Shown here in pieces: positions 12,278-27,719 of a stretch of 64,000 bases of DNA. Numbering within the stretch: position 1 is the first letter of the stretch; every line of letters begins with the position of its first letter. Source of the stretch: Octopus vulgaris (taxonomy: Eukaryota); assembly GCA_951406725.2 (NCBI GenBank), contig OX597819.1:76012001-76076000 (forward strand). The letters are read 5' to 3'. The notes below the pieces were generated by a model. That model ran no database searches. It was not told where the DNA came from and worked only from the letters and a program-made list of their open reading frames with translations. Made by a program: the position numbers and the translations under genes.

Positions 12278-13783
12278 GAATTACTATGGGTACAAGGGCA
12301 GCACCAGTCATTGCGAACCTAACAATGGGCTACCTGGAAATAATTATATACCAGGAATCTTTATCGACCTTTGGAAACCCCCTTTCTCAATACATAAAAG
12401 AGAATTGGAAAAGATTCTTGGACGATTGTTTTATACTCTGGAATGAAAACACAGATAAACTCCTAAAATTCAAAAACCTATTGAACAGTATCAACCCAAA
12501 TATACAGTTTACAATGGAGTACAGCCAAAAGGAGCTTCCATTCTTAGATATGCTAATTAAAAAAATTAACCTTAAAATAGAAACAGACATTTTTTACAAA
12601 GCCACAGACGCCAAACAATGCCTACTTTTTGATTCATGCCACCCAAGACACACTAAAACAAACATCCCTTTCAACCTTGCAAGAAGGATATGCACAATAG
12701 TATCAGAACAAAATACCAGGAAATTTAGACTACAAGAACTCAAAAACACCCTAATTGACAGACACTACCCAGTTCAACTCATAGAGGATGGGATCAGACG
12801 TGCAACAGAAATCGACATAGAAACTTTGAGAAAAGTTCAACACAACAACACACCTTCCCCGAAAATACTGCCTTACATATCCACATACAACCCCAGAAAC
12901 AAAGAAGCCTTCACCATCATCACCCAGAATTTACCAATACTTCATAAGGTACCCAAACTAAAGGAAATTCTAAACATACATAAAATCATTAAAAGCTACA
13001 AACAGCCTAAATCACTTAAAAAGATTCTCACAAAGGCAAAATTGTTTTCTGAAATTACGGACGCAAAAGTAAAAAAATGCGGTAGACCAAACTGCGCATC
13101 ATGCCCAAACCTTCTAGAAGGATCAGAATTCCTTTTCAAAGAGGGACAAAAATTCAAGATCAGATCTAATTTTACTTGTGCTTCTGAAAACATAATTTAT
13201 GTCATAAGGTGCTCGGGCTGCCACTAAAACTACGTGGGGTCCACGGGATTATCACACAGACGTAGATGCACGCTGCATCGGCAACAGATTGCATTTCCAG
13301 AATACAGAATGATACCCTTTAGTGAACATATTGAGAAATGCGCAAAGCAACTACTACCACAATTTTTAATCTTTCCATTCTATCAATGTGCTATTGGAAC
13401 ACCAACACAAATTAGATTAAACAAGGAAACATTCTTCATTGAAAAATGTAAGCCTGAACTTAACCATCCTAACATTCTTATACAGAGAATCTCATTTCAT
13501 TAAAAAAGGGAAAAGAAATATAAAGCGATTATCTCCCTTATACCGGAAGAAATCGCTTATTACCCCCCCCCCCCCCTGCCTGGAACTCCTCTTTGCACTG
13601 CATAACGAAGACATGACACGATGTATGTAAAGACATTTGTGAAATTTGAAAAGTTAACACGAAACCGGTAATTTCTCCACAAACTGTTACTATATGCAAA
13701 ATTTTATAACATTCTTCTAACATAACGACTTAAATATATTCTTTAGCCTCATAAAACAAGCCTTCTGTAGCTTTTTCACTCTT

Positions 13784-13786
<3 letters not shown>
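12275..13786 (+). mobile_element. Penelope-like retroelement, 5'-truncated, between (TA)n arrays
   Basis: RT motifs MGTRAAPVIANLTMG, WKRFLDDCF, LPFLD and SCHPRH, a Cys-rich CGRPNCASC linker, and GIY-YIG IIYVIRCSGCH*NYVGSTG. Confidence 0.93.
12286..13503 (+). pseudogene. PLE reverse transcriptase + GIY-YIG endonuclease (truncated, one in-frame stop at 13225-27)
   Basis: ORFs 12286-13227 and 13234-13503 are in frame and are separated by a TAA inside the GIY-YIG motif. Confidence 0.9.
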
Positions 13787-13846
<60 letters not shown>

Positions 13847-14026
13847 TGTGGAAACGCCATAAAGCGATCCACGATTAAGCTATCGTGTAACATCTGTTCT
13901 TTGAACGAATTCTCGTCTGATTACAACGTAAATTGGAAAATACTAGAGATTTTCGTATCATGCACGAATAACATTTAAAGCTGTGATTTATTCTCTCTCT
14001 TTTTTTTTTAGGAAGAAATTAATATA

Positions 14027-14265
14027 TATTTCTTTACTACCCACAAGGGGCTAAACATAGAGAGGATAAACAAGGACAGACAAAGGGATTAAGTCGATTA
14101 CTCGACGCCAGTGCGAAACTGGTACTTTATCTATCGACCCCGAAAGGATGAAAGGCAAAGTCAACCTCGGCGGAATTTGAACTCAGAACGTAGCGACAGA
14201 CGAAATACCACTGAGTATTTCGCCCGGCGCGCTAACGTTTCTGCCAGCTCGCTAACGTTTCTGCC
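14027..14265 (-). mobile_element. SINE family A with target-site duplication
   Basis: Flanking direct repeat aggaagaaattaatata at 14010-14026 and 14266-14282. The head carries a tandem duplication of gctaacgtttctgccag. Confidence 0.9.
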
Positions 14266-14848
14266 AGGAAGAAATTAATATAGACATACTAAATCTACCA
14301 ACATGTCTAGCTTAATTAGAAATCGGAAAAACTTGGAAAACACTGGTATTGATAAAAAATACTCTGAGATCTTAAATACAACTGCTCAGAATCGTATTTT
14401 TGTTTCTGTGTAACATAGGTACGTGAATATGAACTTTGAAGCACCTAATCCTGACTTTAACACTCATGGTTTAACAGTAACTGCAACCTTATAAGCACAC
14501 GTATGACTCTCCAGACTATACAAACCCCAATTGCATTTCACTGTTTACGTTATAGTAGAGAACTATGGATTTTGCAATGATTGCTATATCATTGAACAAT
14601 AAGTAATTTACCGCTTCGGTGAAGCATGGTATCAATAATCGACGTGTTTTTTTCCGTTACGCCCCACTCAAACATGTGCTGAAAACTCACTCACAGTATT
14701 ATGATCTATACACGCCTGGGTCACAGCATCCGCATATTATACAATATTTGCACCATTTCTTATATTATACTATATTTGCACCATCTCTGTAATAAGTATC
14801 GTCAATATTCGCATATTTTATTTTAATATTAAGACGTTCTTAACTCGT

Positions 14849-15165
14849 AAGGCGGCGAGTTGTTAAAATTGTTATCACGCCAGACAAAATGCTTAGCGGC
14901 ATTTCGTCCGTCTTTACGTCCTGAGTTCAAATTCCACCGACATCGTCTTAACCTCTCATCATTTCGGGCAAAATCGTTGACTAGCCGAGTAAAATGCTTG
15001 GCGGCTTTTCGTCCGTTTGCTTTCTGAGTTCAAATTCCGCTCAGGTCCACTTCGCCTTTCATCCTTTCACGGTGGATAAAATAAGTAGCAGTTGAGCACT
15101 GAGTTGATGTAAGCGTCTTATCCCCCTCCCCCAAAATTACGGGCCTTGTGCCAAAATGTAAAACG
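14849..15165 (+). mobile_element. SINE family A with duplicated head
   Basis: aaaatgcttagcggcatttcgtccg...ctgagttcaaattcc occurs twice (~14886 and ~14991), followed by gcctttcatcctttc and the tail. Confidence 0.75.
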
Positions 15166-15524
15166 AATAATTACACTGTTCCAAGTGTTTACACCACACA
15201 CATCCACTGAACATCTCTCACATCATATTTCCCAATATTATTTACGCATATACATGCATACACACTCTAATTCTCTACTTCCTCTCGCTCTCTATCTTTC
15301 TCATACACATAAACATAGGTACTACAGCTTACATTTCAATTCTCTGCGCTCGCCTTGCTTCAATCCTCTACTTTGTTCGCTCTTCTCTGCTAGAAATATC
15401 AAAATTCACGCTACTGTCGATATGTTTCCTCTCTAGTAATCATGCATTTGATGTTTTTCTTTTTTTCATTTTTTCTCTCTTGATAAAACGCAATCAATTG
15501 ACTTTGTACACTTGTTCAATATCC

Positions 15525-16075
<551 letters not shown>

Positions 16076-17424
16076 GCATATTTTTGCGTCTGTCAATCTG
16101 TCAGTCTGCCTGATCATCTATGTGTCTGTCTGTTTTTTCGTTTGTATTTCTCTGTCTCCCTGTCAGTTTTTCCATCTATGCATCTCTATATCGATCAATC
16201 GATTTCTCATTCTTTAAAAACAATGCAAAAATAACTCCCCACCACTTCTTTTGTTTCCTGTTGGAATCTATTATCAGTTTCGAAGCTCTAAACCTATCAG
16301 ACGTACTTAACAGATAATATAAGAATGAAGAAGATGCCGGGTAGGTTCGGAGCATTAATTCGCTGAATTGGAAGAGATGATTGCATATTCTGAATGTATA
16401 TTCTTGGACACGACTCTTGTTACATTATAGAAATTATACGGAGCTAGAGTATTCACTTTCTTGCACACGCATACGTGCATACACACATACACATACGTGC
16501 ATACACACACACACATACAGAGATACACTCACACACTCTCATAGTAGCAAGCATGCATGCAATCAAATGTGTAACCATAGTTAAGGGCATGCATGGACAT
16601 GTTCACACATGTATGTGTGTGGGTGCTTTGTGTGTATGTATGTATGTGTGTTTGTGTTTGTATGTGGTTTTTATATATCTGAACTCTATATAAATATAAT
16701 CCTTTGTGAATGTGGCTGTCTATACATACGGATAGTTTGTAAAGCATATTCAAATGCTGCATCATGTACAAAAATGAAAAAAAAAATACAGAAAAACCAA
16801 AGAACAAAGAAACAGAAATAAAATGCATTTTTTAAAAAATCAGCTTAAACTTAATACTTTAGTTATTAATTACCCTAATTTCAATTGCTGACACTTGTAG
16901 TTAATCAAAATCTACCTAAGCTTCACAGAATTGAACGACCGATTTTTGAAACGAAATAAATAAAAATTCCTCATTTCAATTAGATATTTGATATTTCGCG
17001 AGGAAGGTACACACAAACATGCAAACATACATGTAACATACATGCATGAACATAAACATACGCATTCATTCTTCACACCTGTTTTTTTCTTATGCTCATA
17101 CGTGCACACACACACGCACGCTGATATCAGTGATCTCTTACATCATTGATTGATTTTACACGGGATTATATTGACAGATTTCTCTCTTCTACAAGACTTA
17201 AGCTGCTGTTCACCCCGTTCCATTCCGTTTCATTCAAATCCACTCCCACCTCATCTTTCCAGCAACAACACTGTAACAACATCGACATCAATATTTTTTA
17301 CTATTCATCCCTCCATGCTCACCTGGACACCCACACACGCCCACGCGTAAAAACACATACACATACGTAGAGACATAAGCAGGAACACCTTTATCCGTGC
17401 GTGCACATGCCTGCATAGACTAAA

Positions 17425-17730
17425 ATGGCACTCGGTCGGTTACGCTGACAAGCGTTCCAGTTGATCCGATCAACAGAACAGCTTGTGCGTGAAATTAACT
17501 TGCAAGTGGCCGCGCATTCCAGAAACAGACGTACAAGAAGATTCAGCGTGAATCTTAGACTTGGACATGGCTGGCCCTTTGGATTAGAGGTACTACTCAT
17601 TTTTGCCAGCTGAGTGCATTGGAGCAAAGCGAAATAAAATCTTTTGCTGAAGGCCACCACGCGCCATCGCATATCGATCTCACAACTTTACGATCGTGAG
17701 TGGAATACCCCGAACCACTAGACCACGCGG
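17425..17730 (-). mobile_element. SINE family B-related copy
   Basis: gttccagttgatccgatcaacagaacagcttgtgcgtgaaattaacttgcaagtggc matches 1586-1644. Confidence 0.8.
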
Positions 17731-18729
17731 TTTCGCTTGAATACACATGCGAACTACAAAGCATATAATACCAGACAAAAAGAATCACTACTAACTCGTT
17801 TGTTTCAAAGCTATAATATAAATTTTTACGTGCAATCTTGTTAAGAGGCCGAATTCTTCTAAATAAATGTTTAGGTTTAGTTTTGTTATTTTAACTGTAT
17901 TATACTTTAGATAATCTGTGTGTAATACCGTATATTTCAATTGTCTGTTTGTTATTCATAATTGTAATTCCTGGAGTTTTGTCTATGTAATTGTCTGCAT
18001 TAGTTTGATCATTCCCAAACCAACAACTGCTATAGCGACTGGTTCTGGTTCCAGGCCTCTTATTAGGGTAACCTCTATTTCAATATCTAATTCCTCCAGC
18101 CTTTTAGAGATGCATTATTATCTGTTGAAACAAATATATTGGTTAGGAGACATTTATTTGCCTGTTGGACATCTACAACAATATCTAATCGGTTATCCTT
18201 GATCTCTCTGCATTTGAGTTTTGGCATATCCCAGTGTACAGGATAGAGAAAGGACATCACATCTGTGAACTGTAGGTTAGACAATATTGGTTGGCAATAT
18301 CATGTCATTCAGTTGGGAGTCTTTATATAGATCCGGTCTCTGTGTAGAATTGCAATATGTGTGGCATTCACCTTATCTTAGTAGAAAGTTATTGTCATAG
18401 TAAAGTGAAGCATTTTTGGCTCTGAATATAAAGGCTATACTTTGTAAGTCAGCCTTTAACATGTGGAGTATATGCATATAAGACATATTTCAACAGGTGA
18501 GATCCTTAGTATTTGCAACGACCTCGAATGTTCTTGTTACGCATTGATTTTGCTTTCTCTTTTGTGCTGTTATTAGGAGACAAAATCCATTGGCGGACGC
18601 TTTCGAGGTATTTGCTCAAGGAACTTGTCAGATGTGTATGGAAGACGCTGGGAGACTGAATATTAGGAGGTTAGGGAGGTATACATGTGTCATTATTTTA
18701 TAGGGTTGGGCGTTGTTCGAGGTCACAGA

Positions 18730-20063
<1,334 letters not shown>

Positions 20064-20520
20064 AGCAAAACAAAACAAAATCTAAAGGAAACTCCTTGTA
20101 GAAATTTGCTAGTTAATTTCCGATCATAAATTCCGCCTTGTGTTGAACAGCTGACAAAAACAGTCAGGTTACGAGTTGGGTATCAGAGCAAACCTTTATA
20201 CAATGATTAGAGTTGGTAGATAACAGAATCTAAGTCTCCCTCATTTCCGACCTTTGCTCCTTAGGAAATGATATTTACAATGGATGATATTGAACTAGAT
20301 AAACTACGGATGGAAAGAAAGACCCTATAGACAGGACTGGACTTCTCGTGTCATTGGTTTGAATAAGAACAAAGTAATCATGAAGCTAAGGTGAAGCAAC
20401 AATAACAACAACAACCGCTGCGACGATGACGGGTTTCTACACAGATAAGAACATACCAAGACTTTCATGGTTGAAACATTATCATCATATGTGTGCTTGA
20501 TCAACTATATCAGCAACAAT

Positions 20521-20871
20521 GGCGGTGAGCTGGCAGTAATGTTAGCACGCCGGGCGAAATGCGTAGCCGTATTTCGTCTGCCGTTACGTTCGATAAATTA
20601 AGTACAAGTTACGCACTGGGGTCGATCCGTTTGTCTGTCCTTGTTTGTCCCCTCTGTGTTTAGCCCCATGTGGGTAGTAAAGAGATAGGTATTTCGTGTG
20701 TTTTTACGTTCTGAGTTCAAATTCCGCCGAGGTCGACTTTGCCTTTCATCCTTTCGGGGTCGATAAATTAAGTACCAGTTACGCACTGGGGTCGATGTAA
20801 TCGACTTAATCCGTTTGTCTATCCTTGTTTGTCCGCTCTGTGTGTAGCTCCTTGTGGGTAGTAAAGAATTA
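20521..20871 (+). mobile_element. SINE family A, internally duplicated, with TSD
   Basis: Head ggcggtgagctggcag... The tail cgataaattaagtac...gtgggtagtaaaga occurs twice. TSD tatatcagcaacaa at 20506-20519 and 20872-20885. Confidence 0.9.
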
Positions 20872-21434
20872 TATATCAGCAACAACAACTACCACTACCA
20901 CGACCACGACCACGACTACCATGAAAATACCGACGACGGCAACAGCAAAAACGGCTGCAGATCATTCGTTAAAAACTATTTTGGGTGTAATTAAATAAAG
21001 CAATTGCTGATTAATCCGTGAGTGATCAAACAGACACTAGTTGCTACACGCAACCCAGTTTCTTTATACTTTTGTTGTTGTCATTATTGTTGTTGTTCTA
21101 ATTGTTGCTGATATTGTTGGCGTCAGACCTAGCTCTATCCTCATAAAGTAGATTTATAATGTAAGGATTTCTTCACGTGACTACCTATTCGGTCGTCCTT
21201 CAAGTGTTGTTCACCAAGACTTACATTATCTAATGTACTCATTTTCAAGACTATAAAATCTGACTTGAGGTTAATCTAATGTCATTCAGCATGTAGAGTA
21301 TCACAATGCACAGGGGCTCGTGACAGCTTAGCATTTTCTGAAAGATTTATAAGGGTGTGGGTCTTATAAACGTCATTATCATCGTATAGTCTATATATAT
21401 GAAACATTCCTCTTGTGTTTGTGCACGTCTGTGA

Positions 21435-21508
<74 letters not shown>

Positions 21509-21584
21509 GAATAGGAAGGATTTAATTTTGAAATATTCAAAATGATCTGATAAGCCTCTCCTGCCCTGGTTTTGTTTTCCTATT

Positions 21585-21659
<75 letters not shown>

Positions 21660-21707
21660 TGTATATATATATGTATATATATATATATATATATGTATAT
21701 TTATATA

Positions 21708-21754
<47 letters not shown>

Positions 21755-21759
<5 letters not shown>

Positions 21760-22440
21760 AAATAATGAGGGAGGTAAATTGAGTATTAATTTAATTAATA
21801 TCAATTTAAAGCCAGTAGCCTAGCGTATAAAAAATCTGAAAAATCAGAAAAAATTTCAATACATGTGTATATTTAGGAAAAACAATAGGTGCATAACCAT
21901 ACGCTAGAAGAAGATCACATACGATTTAACTACAAAGAAAAAATGTTCTCCAGAGAAAATTCAGCGAACACCAGAACATAAGCGGGCAAGACAGATGAAA
22001 ATTAAATAAAAATCAAGAATTAATCGTATATCGAATTCTTCTGTTACCGAATAAATTACTTACATAATCCTTCGTCCGCAGAACTCGTCAGTACGATCGT
22101 TCCAATTTCAATATAATTTTCAAAGCTAAACACTATTTGTCCATATAAAAACTAGACATGTACTTAGTTCTACCGATTATATGGGGGTTATTTTCAAATG
22201 TCTAAGTTCTGGCACGCTAAATTCCGGAAACAGTTCTGCAGCAGATAATTTACTGCAGTTAATGTTGCCAATTAGAGAACATAATGTTGTTGACAACTTT
22301 TCCGCCTTGTAAGGGAAATATTTACCATTATTTCTGCTGTCTTATCAGCAATGCTGCATTCGTAAATATCACCTTTTTGTCTGTTTCGTAGAAGTCACGC
22401 TCGATACTTCTAATAAAAACAAATGTCAGTTTGTCCATAT
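21755..22440 (-). mobile_element. Decayed Penelope-like 3' end (GIY-YIG remnant, pLTR, degenerate hammerhead)
   Basis: Minus-strand QKGDIYECSI near 22350-22380. CTGACGA gttc-tgc-ggac GAAg...GTA at 22057-22093. The 21760-21970 segment resembles 40670-40870. Flanked by (TA)n. Confidence 0.5.
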
Positions 22441-22456
22441 ATACAGACGCAGGTGT

Positions 22457-22530
<74 letters not shown>

Positions 22531-23003
22531 ATGTGTGTGTGTGTGTTGGCGTGTTTATTTGTGTGAGTGTATATATAATATAGATTGAAAGGTGAAAATA
22601 TATTATTAAATTAAAAATAAATAGTAAAAATTTCTAAATAAACTAAAGTTGAGGAGTAAAAAATTGTAAAACGAGTAAAAATAATGGATAAAAATAAAGA
22701 AAAATATAAAACACTGAAGTAGGACTCTTGCCAAGATCTTACAATGAAGCTTAAGAGTTCCCTCGTGCGATCTAATATCCAGTGGAGATGTTTTCATTCC
22801 ACCAGTGGCGACTGTATTTTTATTTTATGTAATCGATGGCGCACCGGAATTTCAAAGCTGAGTACGTGCAGCGATCATCGACACAGAAACTTAGTATTTA
22901 GGTCTCCATATCAATATATCAAGTATCAGTTAATATATGTAATCCCCTATTTCCCACAATGTTAATGTCTGCTTCTGTTGTCTTCGCATGTGGCTTGTCA
23001 ATA

Positions 23004-23343
23004 TCTCTCTCTATATGAACGGCAAAATGTCTGTGTGTGTGTCCTTTATACAAATCCACAATTGTTTAGTTAGAGGGCTCGCACTTTCTATGGTCATTTA
23101 AAACCGTCCAAGGGTGGTCGTGCACATCTTTACATTTCTCCTGTTACCCCACAAAGCCATTAAAAAATCAATAGAAGTGACTTTTTTGTTAATTTTCTAT
23201 CCAAAACCCAATCAAAATTTCCGAAACTTGATACGCCAATTGAATCCCAGCTAGCTGTATTTGATTGGTCGGAAATTTGGACAGTACTCGCGTATATGTG
23301 CGCACGTACGCTGCTGTATATGCATGCACTAGCATAGTGCTAG
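23004..23343 (+). mobile_element. Probable non-autonomous Helitron
   Basis: A|TC start (tctctctctatatgaacggcaaaatgtctgtgtg) and CTAG|T end with a hairpin gcacta-gca-tagtgc overlapping the terminus. No TSD. Confidence 0.55.
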
Positions 23344-24085
23344 TAAACATATTAAATATAATTAAAATATTGCTAGACACGCACATACACACATATACAA
23401 ACATTCCTACATACATACATATATATATATATATCTTATTTTACAAAATATCTCTTTGCAGACATGAAAATAAGAAAAAAATCTACCTGCAATTATTAGC
23501 AAATCTCTATGAGAATACAACATCATTTCAAGATTATTACGAAAAACCTAAAGGTTTACTTAACTTGCAGTCTAATCTTGGTTTGAAGCTAAGGTATAAC
23601 TATGGGTAATGTGTTTCGATGTATATTCGATGACACCTCTATTATAGTGTCCTATCTCAACTCTAATGAATTTTCATGTATTTGTCGTATACAAAACGTT
23701 CAGTATATAGTTGACCAAGAATAACTTGCATAAGCAAAAATAAATTGAAGTATGTGGACTTGACTCAAAGCAGTAGCAATAAATTAACTTAAAACGTAGA
23801 CATTTACGAAAGCCTCTTGAAGATTTAGATAATTCGAATAACAGTGGAGTATTGAATGCAGCGCACGATAAATAGTTATTTTATTGAAATTCCCCTTACA
23901 TTGAGAGGAGAAAAACAAAAACCTTGTGGTTATTGTAACTCTATGAATGAATAAATTTATGGTTGCATTAGAATGAGATTAAAAGAAAAGGACAGGTTGA
24001 CTTTTGTTGAGCGATAATGGGAAGCTATGAACATTGTGTGGGTCGAATTGGAGAGGAAGCACAAATCAAGTTTGATTAAATATAT

Positions 24086-24509
24086 TCTTTAATTCTTTTA
24101 CTCTTGTACTTGCTTCAATAATTTCACCGCGGCCATGCTGGTGTACCGCCTTTAATTGTCAAACTAAGCGACTCCACGACATATCTTTTATGCCTAGTAT
24201 TTATTCTATCGGTTTATTTTGCCGAACCGCTAAGTTACAGGGACGTAAGCACTCCAACGCCAGTTATCAAGTGGTGATGTGGTGGGGTGTGTGCAAATAC
24301 AGACACAATGGCACACACACACACATAGATATATACATATATAGACGATGAGCTTGTTTCAGTTTCCATCTACCAAATCCACTCACAAAGCTTTGATCGG
24401 CTCTAGGGTATCATAGGAGACGCTTGCCCAAGAGGCCACGCAGTAGGACTGAACCCGGAACCATATGGCTAGGAAACAATCTTCTCACCACACAGTCACG
24501 CCTGCGCCT
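24086..24509 (-). mobile_element. SINE family C, near full length
   Basis: Head ...accacacagtcacgcctgcgcct is the reverse complement of 3003 onward. Internal (CA)/(TA) tract. Tail gcggccatgctgg. Confidence 0.85.
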
Positions 24510-24529
24510 GTAGAAAAACATTAGCGACC

Positions 24530-24770
24530 TCATCAACACCACCTACAATCTCCCCTACCATAACTAACACCACCACCAACATCCACCACCACCACCACCA
24601 CCACCACCACAACCACAACCACCACAACCACCACCACCATCATCACCATCACCACCACCACCACCACCACCACCACAACCACCACTACTACCACCACTAC
24701 CACCACCACAAAACAACAACAGCAACAACCAAAACCATCATTACAGCCACCACCATCATCATCATCGTCG

Positions 24771-24811
<41 letters not shown>

Positions 24812-24842
24812 GTCGTCGTCGTCGTCGTCGTCAGCGTCGTCG
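24530..24842. repeat. Compound trinucleotide tract (CAC)n-(CAA)n-(CAT)n-(CGT)n
   Basis: Direct reading. It lies at the 3' end of the minus-strand RTE relic. Confidence 0.95.
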
Positions 24843-27590
24843 ATAAATATCGCTTGTTTTCCCTTGATCGTCATGTCGGCTTTCCTCGCACCGTTCTTTT
24901 GCATTCGTAGTATCTTAAGTCCGTCCATTGCTTGATATTAACTATCCACATAATTCTTGGCTTCTCTCTTTCTCTTTTCCCATTCAATTTGTCTCCTATT
25001 ATCAGTCTCTGTAAGCAATTTCTTTCCAATTAAGTGTCAAGAATATTTTAGTGTTCTCTCTTTGATGGTATCTAATAAAATTTTCTTAGTTTTCATCTTT
25101 TTTGCTTTTCATGATTGGTTCTGTAGTCTGTCCATGATATTCTCAAGCGTCTTCCATATACACTCAACTTAAAAGCTTGTACTATATTTCCTTGTACTTT
25201 CCATAGCATTCATATTTTGTCACTATACAGCAAAGAGACCATACATAATATTTTAATTATCTTATTTTGTTTTTCATATTAATGTTTTTCGTTGTGAGTG
25301 TCTTTCAAAGTTTTTCAAATATCTTTCTAGCTATTTCAATCCTTTGATTTTTTTCTTCAAATTTCACGTTTTAGATTACATGGATACTGGCTGACGCAGT
25401 GGCGGAGAGGATAAACAGAAATAACGGCGGAAGTCCACAAATAGTGGAGAATGGAGAGATAAAGTTTTGTTTATAAGTCAAACACAGAATGATCTAAAAT
25501 GGGAAGAGTCTTGTGAGTTATCTGTTGACTTCATGCTAAATATCATTTCCCATGTTTTGCTATTAAAAGACCCGACGTTGTCATTAAAGGCATTTTCCTC
25601 CCAGGAAAGACAGTAAATGCGGTGAGTTGGTTGAACTCGGTGTAAACATTGGATGGGAAGTATTATTCGTCCCTGTAGAGATATTAGAGGATTTGTCAGA
25701 ATGAAGGTTTACTCGATGCTAAGGAGTCTTCGAGTAGCTGCGAAATGAGAAAATGTTGCTAAAAATTATTGGAAGCCACCGAGGAAGCAAGCCATTACAT
25801 CTGGTTCAAGACAAAGGACGGGTGGTGCAACAAGCACATTGAGAAATGTAGAAACATCTGGCCCAGAGTTTCAACATCTGGCTTAAGAAAAATAGCTGTT
25901 GTTTGTGCGGGTGTTTGCCTCGATAGATTGTCCCTGACAAGACTAGTGAAGCGATGGAAAGTGTTGAAACACCTACGGAAGTGCTTTACCGCCGGTTAAG
26001 ATATCGACTTCTGCGTTTGGAGACAGAATACAACAACATCCTTAGAATACTAGTTGATCCATCCCCAAAGCAAAGTGACTGTTGTCTGTTGCTGATTAAC
26101 ATTGACTTTATTATATTCCTATTCATTTTCTTTTTATAGAACATAACTTTGTCATTTACTATAGTTTCAAGATTTTGTAAGTCTTCTCTTTTGAAAGTTA
26201 ACAAAGCATTATCATCTGCATATCTAAAATTATTGATGTCCATACCTCTTATTGACACGTCTGGTATGTCTTCTACATCTTTGAATTATATCATATTGTC
26301 TAAAATGTATAGGCAAGATGATATCATAACTATCATGAACTTTCTTAATTTTAAATTCTGATATTATTCGTCCAATCCATACCCAGAAATTTGCTCCTAA
26401 AATGTTATTCATTCATTTCTGAGATCAGACTTATAGTTGGTGTTCATTCCATATTTTACTCAGTCAAATGCCTTCCTGCAGTCTATAAAACACATACATG
26501 AGCAATATGATTTACCTCTAGAACTTTTTCACATACGGTTTGCAGGTTAAGTATTTCCTCACGAGTTCCGATTCTTGGTATAAAATCACTTTGTAGTTGA
26601 CTTATGTATTCATTTATTCTTGCAATAATTGTAAAATTTGTAATAATAGTTTAATCTCATCATTCATTAGTCATGTGGATCAAAAGTTAGTTAGTTGGAT
26701 AATACAGCAAAGATAGATCGCATCATCTTGACTGATATGTATCTATTCCAATTGTAATTGCAGAAGATTTTCATTAGATCTAGTTTGTGGTTATATAAAG
26801 TATTTAATAATTTTGTTTTCATTTTGCATACGCTGCCCTCGTGTATTTAATTTTAATGTTTTTTCTATTTCTTGGAAGATTTTTTTAATACCAGCAGCTT
26901 CATAAATAGGCACAGTCAGCCTGTTTCCATTGGCGTTCAGTGCATTTATTTGTTTAACCCAAAGAGATGCTATCTGTCCATGATCAAATTGTTTGCTTCC
27001 ACTTTGGCCCTTTCTCTTACTATTTTGTTTGCTCATGCATTTTCTATTTCTGATTCTTCTTTGTTTTATTACACGTATCTTTTGATTTATGCTAGCTATT
27101 ACATTTTCCAATTCTTGGTATTGATTGTTCAACCATTTGGATTTTGCTTTCCCCATTCAGAACATATATCTTTATTTAGAGTATTATATATGCTGTGACC
27201 ATTATTCATGTACTTCTTTGTATCATTTATCTTTAACCAAATGTTATTATTAATTCCTTTCTCGTAATTTCCTTCTCTCTTTATGGCACTGTTTGCTGTA
27301 GTGATCTTTGCGAGTTTTGTTCCATTTAATATTTATTATATATATTTTTTATTCTGATATTGTTCTACTATTTATTCTTCATTATGTAAATATCCATATT
27401 TTTTAATATATTTTTATGTTATATTTCTCTTTGTATTCTGTTTTAGCAAGCTTAGGCTTAATTGTTCTAGTCTTTCAGTTGTTTTCTTATACTGTTCAAT
27501 ATATCACCCAGTGATGAAGGTGATATGTCAATACATAAATTTTATATAAACATCCCTAAAAAGAAAAAAAACAACAAGGGTCCAGTGAAA
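24843..27590 (-). mobile_element. Decayed RTE-like LINE interrupted by a HERO-like fragment
   Basis: RT signature GMDINNFRYADDNALL at ~26205-26245 and DCRKAFD near 26465-26485. RTE-like C-terminal remnants at 24.85-25.36 kb. Confidence 0.7.
25385..26010 (+). mobile_element. HERO-like RLE retrotransposon 3' fragment nested in the RTE relic
   Basis: Peptides CELSVDF, KRPDVV, GWEVLFVPVEI..RGFV and LLEATEEASHYIWFK match the HERO-type RLE C-terminus as I recall it (PVEVG.RGF, EA.E.AS.WIW). Confidence 0.6.
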
Positions 27591-27719
27591 ATATTCATGT
27601 AGAATATAAATATCATTCTTGACATAACACACACGTACGCATGTGTAGGTGAATGTGTGTGTATGTGATATTTAGTCACAATCCGTCAAAGTCCTGCCTT
27701 CACTCAACTAGGATTTTCA

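Noticed and set aside
24533-24928. PolyD/polyV ORF; likewise the polyL/I ORF at 11344 and the polyS/R/K ORFs at 55.8 kb
   Set aside because: Trinucleotide repeat artefacts.
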